From Lytechinus pictus (Eukaryota): 64,000 bases of DNA. Below are positions 23,351-34,881 of this stretch, piece by piece. The notes under the pieces were generated by a model that was not told the DNA's origin, made no database searches, and saw only the letters and a list, made by a program, of their open reading frames with translations. The translations under genes were made by a program, and so were the position numbers. Every line of letters begins with the position of its first letter. Positions within the stretch are counted from its first letter, which is position 1. Location: positions 8,680,001 to 8,744,000 of the forward strand of contig NC_087254.1 in assembly GCF_037042905.1 (NCBI RefSeq), in the 5' to 3' direction.

Positions 23351-25443
23351 ACACTGTGAGAGTTCAGATCATTCATTTACCACATATCATCCCCAAAGAC
23401 TTGGCATACTGAGCACAAACTGATTGGACCTAAGAAGTTCCAGTCCAGTAAAGAAAGAAAAAGAAGAGATACAAAAAGGAACAAGCGAAGACAAAAACAT
23501 ACAAGGGAAAAACAAACATTAACAAAGTGAAAATAAAGTGTTTGCCTTTCTAGAAAAATGATAGAAAAGGGTAAAGGACTAGCATGTGTGGAGGGTCACA
23601 GAAAATCGACAGGTGAAATTAGTAAGAATAAGAGACGAAGGGCAAACACAGACATTATGATCATGTTACAGTTACTTAGTTGTTAATAGTTGTTGAAATT
23701 TATTTATCAATCTACGAGAAATAAATTACATCGACACTTTAATATGAAGTGATTATTTATTGATTAATCAACGAGTAAATGTTCAGTTCTATCGGAGTGA
23801 CCAGACATTTATTTACCGAACAATCACATTTCTATAATGTTCCTCAGACGTTTTCTTGTATTATTTTGTGATGACTATTATTAATATTTTTGTTGTTTTG
23901 GTTACATCATTATCATTATTATCATGTTTTATTATAATATGTTCACTATGATCAGGTATACCATTTATTTATTTTGAACAAAACTCCTTTATATCGGAGG
24001 CATTCACAAAACATGGTGTGTTCATAGTAAAAAAAAAAATCTACATGCACTAAAAAAAAAACATAAAAATATTAATTCACCTCAAAACTACTGTGTTTGT
24101 TAAACATGATAAAGTAATATTCATTAACATCAACTTAATGTGTATTTGGCAACTCAGTATTCAGGTGACTATAAGGAGGAATCTGCAAATTCTTTTTAGA
24201 CTAGCTGGATATGCACAGAGCTAATGTGATTACCTTATTTTCTGCTTTTAGCAGCAAGTGTATTATTTTCTGTCAAATTTCTCAAACTTTCTGAAAAAGC
24301 AAGATTTTGTTCTTCATTGATATTTTGTGACTTCATTTAAAACCCTCTAAACGCTTTCTAATCTTAAGAATGAATACCGTACGCCCTTTTCCGGGAACAA
24401 AAATACGCAATCCACTGATCAAGTTCCCGGAGAAAGGACGCTAACGCAAATGCGCAATCCAGTTCCAGGAAAAACGCTGCTAGCGCGAATCGGTCTATGC
24501 GCGTAAGCACGTTAAACGATGATTTTTTTTCTGGGAACGAAATGCGCGATCCAGTTCATAAAGAAAACACGCATCTATGTGCGTAAAGCACGTTGGAATG
24601 TTTTTGCTTATTACGTCATAATGATGTCACATTTAGGTTTGAGAATGGTACCAGAAGAAAGTTCATGACATGCTTTTTCCATTTCAGCAATTAAAAGACA
24701 CAAGTTTTTTAAAGAAAATGTCGATAAGTCCCTTCTTGCCAACAAAATTGTGATAAATTCAATAAGAAATTTATTTATGAATATCAATTGATAATACAGC
24801 GAATCTCTTTATGAGGCCATTGGGGATAAAAACAATTCGCTCGTTACATTGGATATTTTATCCTATAAGTACTCCTTATACCGAGTTTCCACTGTGAATA
24901 ATTTCATTAAAGAGAATAAATACGCACAACAACAAAATGTAGCTATACCCCTTTTTTCCTATACTCCCATTAATTTTTCGACGAAATGAGTTCTAGCATT
25001 TTTACATTCATTAGGTAACCTCTGTCTGAAAATCAGATTGATCCGTCAAGCAAGTGAGCATACATAAAAGGCAAAAAAAATCCACTTTTCAAAATTCACA
25101 GGAATCACAAGTTATGCCTAAATAATGGGAAATAATGGTAGTGTTTTGCTGAATTTATAAAATGTGCTCACTGAACCATAACATGGTTACAACCTCTCAT
25201 ATCCGTACATGTAAAGAATACATTTTGCTGAAAAAGTATTTATACCAAATCTATATTTTGTAGACCTACTTATCATTCAGATATTGGCTTTTATTGCACA
25301 ACTAGTTTTTGATAATACAGAGACTACCTACCAGTAGGTGTGCTAGCCCATAGAAATCTCAAAACAGCACCAGAGCCTTATCTGAATAACTTATCTTTTA
25401 CTTTATTTTTCAAATTAATTTATTCATCTATTTTCTAGTTCTA

Positions 25444-26822
25444 CAGCGCGTATAAAAAAACGGGACAGATGTGAAAAGTCTATAAAATGTTTGTTTCAAA
25501 TTATGATGTCTATATTTTGGTGTTAATAGGTGCTCTGAAGTCTTATTTTTCAAATGCCATTAGAAAATTTTAGTTTCATTCATGCTTGAGCGAACACGGA
25601 ATGTTTTTGTCTGGGGTTAAAAAGGAAGCTTGCGCCAAAATGGCATAAAATTATAAATATGATGATCGGACTTCTTGCTAATCAGCAGACTTCCTCCTAA
25701 CCTTTATATTATCTTTGCCATAATTTTCAAATTATGCGGTCAAAATTATTTTTCAAATCTATTTATTTGCTTCAATTGTTCTGTTATTTCTTTTTAATAT
25801 GTTCTCGTTTAGCTTTGAATATTCCTTCTTCAAGCAAAAACAATTTTTTTTTTCAACCGAAGTATGGGAGAGCGTGATTTTTTTTCTTCAAATCCTTTCA
25901 TTGTGTGCTACAAACATGAAAAAGGTTATGGTGCCTTTTGAACAGTGCCATACAGATGTGCGGGGCTCGGGGGTGCCCCCCCCCCCTCAATAAAAAAAAA
26001 TCATGACCAAGAAAAAGTGGAAAGGAAATAAAAGGAAAGATAGAAAGTAAAATATGATATAATTTTCTGAATATTATGTAAAAATCTATCGCAAAATTTG
26101 ATATTGTGATAAAAAAGTCGGGATATTTGTGTGCTCGCTTCGCTCGCTCACAGCTTTTTAATACATTTTACCCGATCTGCCATATCTAGCTCCTTCAAAA
26201 TTGACTCAATACACCATTGCCATCGAAAGACATGAATCCCTTCCTGTTTGTCCTGTCAAGCATATAATTAAACTTGGTCAAGGAATAAATAACCCCTTGA
26301 AAAATTAATTTATGTCTTTTAAAGGTACCATAACATAATTTGTTTCACATAATAGAATTTGAATAATTAAAAGTTTTCCCAATTAAAAATGCAAATCTTC
26401 TTGCTGGGGTCGACAAAAAGTCTTCTTTTCTTACTTATTAAGGAAAATTCAAAGGTAAAAGAAGTTAAAATAAAAAAAAAACTAAATAATTCAAGTAAAT
26501 AAATAAATTTGTAAATAAAACTTGACAGCATAATTCGAAAATTATAGCACAGATAGTGAAAAGGTCATGAGGAAGTCTGCTGATTAGCAAGAAGTCTGAT
26601 CATCATATTTTACTCATATTCTGCCATTCTGGCGCAAGCCTCTTTTTGAACCCCCGACAAGAACGTCCCGTGTTCGCTCAAGCATGATCAAAATTTATTT
26701 TTTTTAATTGCATTTCAAAGACAAGATTTCAGAGCATCTATTAACATCAAAATATAGATATCATAAGTTGAAACAATTTTTTATAGACTTTTCAAAACTG
26801 TCCCGTTTTTTTATACGCACTG
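25444..26822. mobile_element. Tc1/mariner-type non-autonomous element with long TIRs
   Basis: TA|CAGCGCGTATAAAAAAACGGGACAG ... CTGTCCCGTTTTTTTATACGCACTG|TA; the paralogous site at ~13445 is empty. Confidence 0.85.
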
Positions 26823-27550
26823 TATATCAGATACTTTTTTAACCCTACATGCTGTTATTTCATTTCAATAATCCTTCAATAAATACATACATATAGAGAA
26901 TAGAATTGACGGAATAGTGGGAAACCCATTAAAAAACACGAGCTTGCAGGAAAAAACCCCAATCGATATGTATGAAATGTACCTAACAAGCAAATATAAC
27001 ATTGATTGAAGTTGTGTAATTATTGTCTCATTTCATTTAGTATATCTTAATAGAGAATCAGATGAAAGAACAGAGCTATTTCTATAAGGACAGGCGATAT
27101 GTACAGTACAAGGTTCACGGTGTTTTCACTTTTTTGTGAAAAAGAATCTGAAAATTGATCTGTTTTCAAACAAGAGTGTAATATCATTTTCATATCTTCG
27201 AGTGTCGGGTGACCGGCTTAGTGTAATTGCATTTCTACCAGATTTTTTTGGAGGCACTTCTCGAAGACGTTCAAGATCAACCCTCTTGCTTCGACATTAT
27301 GAAATTTGTTCACCTTGAGACTGGAGTCTGAACTTTTGGAAGAGATTTACTCGAAACTAACTTTTTTTGAAGTTACGCACTCATCCGCCACTTGGTGAAA
27401 ACAGGAATGATATATCAACTGCCAAATTAAAGCAGACCACCTATTTTCAAAAGGGAATGCAGTGTCATAGTGTTCATCGTGTTCGGGTGACCAGTTTAGT
27501 GTCCATGCATGCACAGGCGAAGTCCTAAATCTCCGACAATATTCACCAGA

Positions 27551-28546
27551 TTATTTTTGGAGGCACTTCTTGAAGACGTTCAATATCGACCCTCTTGCTT
27601 CGGCATTTATCATCAGGTAAAACAAGGGTTGCAGCCAGATGTTGCTCACCGATAGCTTGCGGATGATAGTCAAAGAAGACGGGGGCATCGACATAAAGAA
27701 GCTGAGAACGAATGGTATCCATGCCATACAGAAAGATAACGTCAAAAGTAGAATAACTAGGAACCCTTTATACCGCCTACGATGTGGACGGTCGCGGTTG
27801 ACGTTAAGATCTTCTCCGAAAGTCTCTTGAGAGGGAATCTGTGAATCATGGGAACCAGAGCAACTGCCAAACCTGTTGTTGCCACGAATGTGGTTTCCAG
27901 GCATGGCCACATTATTCCTTATCTGACGGACGATAAACATTATCTTTATGAAGATTGTCGTCGTGAACACAACAGTTGCGCAAATTGGTAAGGTACTGTA
28001 CAAAGTGTGTGCAATGGATGTCCAATAAAGTGCAGTTTTGACACTTTGAGATAGGCAACGTTCTGTTAAGAGTTCAATGAAGGGCGACTGTGGAATCGGT
28101 AGATATACCCCATATAACGACACGACAATGGTGTATGCTGCTGAAAGGACAATATAAAATCTTTTTCTGGTTACGATCGTAAAATATCGCAGCGGCCTTG
28201 CGATCAGAAGGTAGATGTTCATACTAATTCCACATAAACACATCATCACAGATACCAACGAAAAATAATATGCAAATGCAAACGTCATGCTTAAAATGTT
28301 ACAAGTTTCTTTGCTTGCCAGAGCAAGCCAAAGAAGAAGCCAACAGTTCCAGCTTATTCCAAGTGATATATTCGATACTGCTAGAATCTGGTAAAGAATA
28401 CGTGTGTATTCCTGAAGTTCCTGTTGTCGATTCAATATAAATAATTGTATTATGTTGAATATAATTGATAGAAAGACTGCAAAGATGTAGAAACTGTCAA
28501 TTGAAGTATTCGTCTGAGAAGTCATGTTTAACTCTGTACCATTCAT
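27551..28546 (-). CDS. Intronless class A GPCR 'E-prime', 331 aa
   Basis: Full 7TM ORF; MNGT sequon, LCGISMNIYLLIARPLRY, AWIP, QPLFY. Confidence 0.92.
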   Translation of the reverse strand: MNGTELNMTSQTNTSIDSFYIFAVFLSIIFNIIQLFILNRQQELQEYTRILYQILAVSNISLGISWNCWLLLWLALASKETCNILSMTFAFAYYFSLVSVMMCLCGISMNIYLLIARPLRYFTIVTRKRFYIVLSAAYTIVVSLYGVYLPIPQSPFIELLTERCLSQSVKTALYWTSIAHTLYSTLPICATVVFTTTIFIKIMFIVRQIRNNVAMPGNHIRGNNRFGSCSGSHDSQIPSQETFGEDLNVNRDRPHRRRYKGFLVILLLTLSFCMAWIPFVLSFFMSMPPSSLTIIRKLSVSNIWLQPLFYLMINAEARGSILNVFKKCLQK

Positions 28547-30147
28547 TTTCTTTAAGCCTATAAATGGATGTGATTCCGTGATTCTGACAGGGTGAGCTTA
28601 CAAAATGAATCAAAGCAGAATACCAGATACACTCTCTGTCAACCTGTGTTTACTTGTAGAGTGATGTCCGAAAACGTTTGGTCAAAGCAAGTCATTTGTT
28701 TTCGATATACAACGCACTTCATTTTTCATAAAGGCCTATCACATTTCTCATTAGAAGCGTTCCAAGTGCATGTCAGAAAGCACTTTCATACCGTTTCTCA
28801 AGGTTCAAAATATTCATGACAATTCTGCGAATCCTGGATGAGTATGATTGGTTTTGACATGAATAATGTAATGTAAAGGTAATAACACACAACAAAGGAA
28901 ATATCCTTGATTTTTTAATAGCCTTGAGGTTCGGGTTTGAATTTATATCATAATTTGAAATCCACGATTTTTCTGAAGGGGGTGAATTTTCCCCTAAAAG
29001 TTGTCGCCCCCCCCCCCCCCCCCTCTTCGAAAGGGGTCATCAATAAAAAAGTAGTTTGGGTCCTTCTTCTTTGCCTTTTAAATTTTGGGGGGTTGTTGTT
29101 GAAATTTTGCAGGATGCGCCCACACCTTTTACCACCCCCCCCCCCCGGATTCTCACCTGCTGTAGCTTCGATGAAAAAATAACACCACTGTATATCCAAG
29201 AAATTTGATCGAAGAGATACTACGTCAGGCAACACGCTACGTTGACTCTCTTCAAACAATAAAACATGTAAAATGGACCATCATAAGGGCATGAAATTCC
29301 TGATAGTAATTTTGCCATCGAATTGGAATTTCCATGGAACCCTTTAGTTGTTGGGCATTTCTACCACTTTCGACGAGTGGGACACGCCTACCGCCTCAGA
29401 GTCCTGGCATATTTTGACTTTGTAAATATACCAATACCTTGATTTATCACTACAATTTAGGACTGTGCTGAATAAATAAACTTGATTCTAAATCTCATTT
29501 TAATGGATATAGATATAAACAATATTCATCCTAGAAGAATATGTGGAAGAAAAGGCCCCGTCTGCACGAAACTTTTATAGGCATATGCGGATTCCAAAGT
29601 TGTAATGGATTTAATAGTAAGAGAGAGTGTGCGCGTACGTATGCGTGTGTGCTTGATCGAAAGGGAGAAAAGGAAATAGGTACGTTGCTATTAATTACAT
29701 TAAAGCTACCCTATCCCTATCTTTCGTATCCATCTTTTAGTCATTGATCACACCTCCTGTGTTTGCATTTCGCCGTCTTATCGAAATAAAAGCATGTAGG
29801 CCTATTATCCACGCTGTGCCAGTAAATCTTAATTAACATTCATATTAAAGCGCCCCCTCAAAATTCTGATATCAGATTGTATAACTGTATTGATTGGATT
29901 TCCGACTAAATTCAACTTTGCATTATTTCATGTGTACTCCGGTTGCTTCCTCATGAGCTTACTCGGCCTTCTCTTCATCATGCCAGTTCCCATATCTCTG
30001 ATATTCACACCCTTTCTCATCTTTAAGAATCGCTTGATTCGTTTTTTCCTCAATAATCCAATGTTTTCTATGTTTCATCATTTTATGTGTTTTACGCATG
30101 CATTTTTAAATATCTATGTTATATTCATTTTTGTATGGTTTTCCGGG

Positions 30148-31407
30148 GTGTCACCCAGATGTTCATATAATCATCTCGTCAGGTCTACATCTCTTAATAG
30201 GAAAAGGGTAAGATTACGAGATCTCGGATGTCGTCCTCCCGTGGAAGAGATGATCAGTTGACAAGATCTTAGATCTCGTCATGTCTACATCCTGTGTGAG
30301 AGATGCTCAGATGCCAAGATCTTGGATCTCGTCATGTATACATCGTGTGGCAGAGATGATCAGATGGCAAAATCTTGGTTCTCGTCATGCCTACATCTTT
30401 TAGAAGAGATGATCAGATGGCAAGATCTTGGATCTCGTCATGTCTACATCTTTTTGAAGAGATGATCAGATGGCGAGATCTTGGATCTCGTCATGTATAC
30501 ATCCTGTGGGAGAGATGCTCAGATGCCAAGATCTTGGATCTCGTCATGTCTACATCGTGTGGCAGAGATGCTCAGATGCCAAGATCTTGGATCTCGTCCT
30601 GTCTACATCGTGTGGCAGAGGTGATCAGATGACAAGATCTTGTTTCTTGTCATGCCTACATCTATTAGAAGAGATGATCAGATGGCAAGATCTTGGATCT
30701 CGTCATGTCTCCGTCTCTTTGAAGAGATGACCAGATGGCGAGATCTTGGATCTCGTCATGTATACATCCTGTGGGAGAGATGCTCCAATGCCAAGATCTT
30801 GGATCTCGTCATGTCTACATCGTGTGGCAGAGATGCTCAGATGCCAAGATCTTGGATCTCGTCATGTCTACATCGTGTGGCAGAGATGATCAGATGGCAA
30901 GATCTTAGTTCTCGTCATGCCTACACCTTTTAGAAGAGATGATTAGATGGCAAGATCTTGGATCTCGTCATGTCTACATCTTTTTGAAGAAATGATCAGA
31001 TGACAAGATCTTGAATCTCGTCATCTCTGATCATCTCTTCTAAAAGATGTAGACATGACGAGATCCAAGATCTTGCCATCTGATCATCTCTTCCAAAAGA
31101 TATAGACATGACGATAATCAAGATCTTGCCACCCGATTATCTCTTTTAAAAGATATAGACATGACGAGATCCAAGATCTTGTCATCTGATCATCTCTCCC
31201 ACAGGATGTAGACATGACGAGATCCAAGATCTTGCCATCTGATCACCTTTTCTAAAAGATGTAGACATGACGAGACCACAGATTTAGTCATCTGATCATC
31301 TCTTCCACAGAATGTAGACATGAAGAGATCCAAGATCTCGTCATCTGATCATCTCCCCCAAAGGATGTAGACATGAAGAGATGATTATATGAACATCTCG
31401 GTGGCAC
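30148..31407. mobile_element. Foldback-type element made of inverted arrays of a 53-bp unit
   Basis: Outer IR GTGTCACCCAGATGTTCATATAATCATCTC / GAGATGATTATATGAACATCTCGGTGGCAC; ~15 forward units switch to ~7 reverse units near 31025. Confidence 0.8.
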
Positions 31408-31914
31408 TTTTAAGCTTCCATAGCAACCCTTGTGCGGGTTATTTAACCTTTGTTGTCTCCCCGAGACATGCTTTTTTTTATACTTGTCTAAATAAAATCA
31501 ATTCAATTCAACTGTGAATGCAATCGCGTTGGTAAATCTGAGATGTGTTGGAGTTGTACTTCTTCAGATGTGTTAAAAACATTGAATCAACTCACTAAAT
31601 TATGAGATTATCCACCGGGTAACATTTAAAGACATTGATCAACATTACAACCATGCCAAGGGTCTTGTTTAAAAAAAAAGACTGTGAATTTCAATGTGTT
31701 GTATTTACATGATATACTGGTTCATATGGATGGAAAAAACACTCATATGTAAATAAAAACAAAAAAAATCCGGCACTCAGTGACAGAGTTTCTCTCTGTC
31801 ACTCTATCAGTGACAGAGTTTCTCTGCTCGGGACTCTAATCGCAGCACATTAAGTACATGTATTTGAAATAAATGGGGACGCTTTATTTTTCACTTCTAT
31901 GAAGCACTAAATGT

Positions 31915-32270
31915 GGAAGCGCCGTGGTATAGCGGTTCTGACTCTTGCCTTGTAATCAGAGGATCGTGTGTTCGATTCCCACCATGGCCTAGTGTCCTTT
32001 GGCAAGGCGTCAATCCACAATTTGCCACTCTCCATCCAGGTGTTAAATGGGTACCCGGTAGGATGCGAAAGCCTATGTAGTATGCCTAGCAATTGAGTCT
32101 TGGAACTCTTGTTGGAATGCTACCCAGGGAGTGGAGAAGTGCATACATTGTACGCGGGCATGCAAGGATCTGATGACCGGGGTAATAATATATCTGTAAA
32201 GCGCTTAGAGACGTCGTTCCGATGTATTAAGCGCTATATAATAAATGCGGAATATTATTATTATTATTAT
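31915..32270 (+). mobile_element. tRNA-derived SINE
   Basis: A box TGGTATAGCGG, B box GTTCGATTCC (31970), central CCAGGTGTTAAATGGGTACC, LINE-like 3' hairpin AAGCGCTT...AAGCGCTA and a (TAT)n tail. Confidence 0.85.
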
Positions 32271-33234
32271 TGAATGATGATTTGAGGGGTAGTTTCTTTT
32301 CAGGGCTTCGTGTTTACAGCATACCACAGACACAGGTTACACATGAAACCTTACAGCTTAGTTTTTATTTCATTCAAATCAATGTTAACCAAAGCAATTT
32401 AGCTATTATAGCTTTAAAGATACAAAATAACCACTACACGGATTTTTTCCAACAGAATACAGTCGATTGAAACGCTATAAGCAGCATGGAATATAAAGAA
32501 AATTAAACTTATTTAATTTCTCAGGGTCCTCATTTGTGTACTCAAAATTGTTTTTCAAATCAGATATGTCACGCCCCCAAAAAAAATCGTTATCATAATT
32601 GAATAAAAGCTTGCCAGGTTAGAACGGGATTTGATACTCCCATTTTGCCACTCTTTCTTTTCATTTTTAGTTTTATTTTGAAGATTTATAGTCTCAACCC
32701 GGAGAAAAGCTGGATAAATATTTGGCGCATACTTGTAATGGTTAAAACACGTGTGAGGATCTGCCAGAATACATATAATACAGGGCCTAACTGAATTTTC
32801 ATCGATCTTACTCACGTGGCACGTAGAAAATGGCAAATAGAAGTAAATCTAATACGATTAAAGTATGCAGGTCACGTGGAATATCCATTTATCGCAGCAT
32901 TAGGGGGTCCTTTGCAGAAATAGATGCAATCAATCGCATCTTTCAGATCATACTCGACTTCAACCAATCCAAATTGCGTACTCGGGACTTGCGCTTGATT
33001 TTTGTGCGTTTAAACGCAGCGCCTGCTGCAACGGGCCTCAAGAAACAGAAGTGCTTATAGTTTGTAATCAATAACGGGTCAGCACTGACCAATTCATTTA
33101 TTGCAAATACTCTACGAGTCACGATGGATAAATCCCGTTAATTCCGGCTAAGCATTTATTGCATTTACCACTTTATACATCGTCCTTGCATTTATCGACT
33201 CTTCCAAATTTCGGGAGAGCATTCAGATACTCGG

Positions 33235-34248
33235 ATGAAGATGAGTAGCTTTGAGGAAATGGCGTTAAACCAGACACAAAGGAGATCAGCAGTTCAATTC
33301 ACATTTGATATGGGTTTATATCTGTTCATCATATTGTGTTCAACGATTTTGAATATTATCATCATTGTCATCATTAATCAACAAACACAAATGCAGGATG
33401 TTATGAAAGTACTTTATCGAGTTCTGGCTGTTTTGGATCTCACCTTTGCCGTACTTTGGAATTTGTGGGGGATATTCTGGTTTCCTTTTACCGATTTGTA
33501 CTCCTGTAATCTCATCACAAGCCTTTTTGTGTTTCCTACCTATGTCATACTCAACGCCATCATGGCATGTTTATCAGGTATCAGCTTTACTCTGTATCTC
33601 CTCGTAAGCCGTCCCTTGCATTTTTACAGGATCGTCACTCCGACTAGATTCCGGATAGCTCTTGGGATTGTATCTCTCCTGATTCTTTTGGCATCAGGGA
33701 CATCACTGCCTGTCAACACTTCCCCGTTTCATCGGGCTCGCGTACAACAATGTATGTTGAACACGTCGTTAAACATCAATAACATCAACTGGATAGAAAT
33801 TGTCAGTGCTGTCTTATTCCTCGCTCCTGTTGTAGTGACATTTGTCATTTTGACCGTGATCTCGATCAAACTCATTGGAATTGTACGTCAGCAATCGAGA
33901 GCTATTGCCACAGACACTACAGAGGTGCAGGTCCGCAAGACAACCCTTACCGATCGCCAACAGCATCGGCTAGTACGGAATGGATACAACCGCCGGCAGA
34001 TAAAGGGCAAGCCCGCAATTTGTCAACGTTACAAAGGAATCATTACCATTCTCACTATCTCATGTGCATTCATTCTTGGATGGGCACCGTTCTGTATCAT
34101 GAGGACCGTACCAGGTCTTTTTTCTTCGAATGCTCTCGTCATCGTAGATAAGTTTGCTGTGTCCACTACATGGATACAACCGATCCTGTATCTAATGACT
34201 AATGGAGAGGCGAGGAAGATATTTCTTTCGAAAATAGGTGTACGTTGA
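33235..34248 (+). CDS. Divergent intronless class A GPCR 'F', 337 aa, same family
   Basis: LAVLD, LSGISFTLYLLVSRPLHF, GWAP, WIQPILYLMTNGEAR. Confidence 0.92.
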   Translation: MKMSSFEEMALNQTQRRSAVQFTFDMGLYLFIILCSTILNIIIIVIINQQTQMQDVMKVLYRVLAVLDLTFAVLWNLWGIFWFPFTDLYSCNLITSLFVFPTYVILNAIMACLSGISFTLYLLVSRPLHFYRIVTPTRFRIALGIVSLLILLASGTSLPVNTSPFHRARVQQCMLNTSLNINNINWIEIVSAVLFLAPVVVTFVILTVISIKLIGIVRQQSRAIATDTTEVQVRKTTLTDRQQHRLVRNGYNRRQIKGKPAICQRYKGIITILTISCAFILGWAPFCIMRTVPGLFSSNALVIVDKFAVSTTWIQPILYLMTNGEARKIFLSKIGVR

Positions 34249-34369
34249 AGTATACATCAGTGAGAACATTGAATACTGGTCTTTTCTTATTGACGATGTT
34301 TTTCTTTTGAATATGAGGGAACACACTGTCTTCAAAATACGTCTTTTTTTTGGTATTTCATTGTCAATG

Positions 34370-34715
34370 CAACTTTCCCCACTTAAAACTAAATCTTTCA
34401 ACTTCCAACCCTCACGAAACTTAAGATTCTCAAATTCTAATCTTCGTGAGATAACTGTTTCAAAGAAATCGTGGGGGACCGGTCTTTGCTCATGCAGGGC
34501 TGACACTGTGGAACTGTCCTCCACAGGGTTTGAAAACCCAGACATCCGCAACCGCCTTCAGGAGCATCAGATAACCATCTTTGAATAAAGCGCCACCCTT
34601 ATATAATTCCTACTTGTTTGTATAATATTTCTCCCTTTCTGTAATTTGCTCTGAAGCGTCTTGGGCATCTTATAAATATGGAAAGTACGCTAAACAAATG
34701 ATATGTATTATCATT
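34370..34715 (+). mobile_element. Degenerate 3' end of an L2/CR1-like LINE
   Basis: Frameshifted peptide resembling the ORF2 C-terminus (GDRSxxxAGxTLWN), followed by a tail with AAGCGTC...ACGCT and TATTA repeats. Confidence 0.5.
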
Positions 34716-34881
34716 TATTAGTAGTAATTACGTGTAGTATATGTACATATGCTAAAAGTGCAGTTCTCAATTCTAAATTTTTTTTTCCATACGTAACGCT
34801 ATTTGATTTTTTTTATGACTGTGTTGATTTTTCTTAACTATTATTTTGAAAGTTATGAATGAGAGCCATATTCACATGCTA

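Larger units (their letters stand above)
15318..28667. repeat. Second copy of a tandem segmental duplication (first copy ~5456-15307)
   Basis: Collinear gene order B'-C'-D'-E' and shared intergenic blocks (e.g. 8816-10395 vs 17826-19427, 12190-13445 vs 24230-25443). Confidence 0.9.

Noticed and set aside
7892-27830. Plus-strand ORFs overlapping the GPCRs and alternative-frame ORFs
   Set aside because: Antisense or shadow frames of the receptor genes, repeated only because the genes are duplicated
30220-31385. CRISPR-like array and the repetitive ORFs 30375-30933
   Set aside because: Contiguous 53-bp units with no unique spacers, no cas genes and a eukaryotic context; the ORFs are by-products of the repeat
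31915-31990. tRNA gene
   Set aside because: The tRNA-like head runs into a SINE body and (TAT)n tail, and the acceptor stem is incomplete
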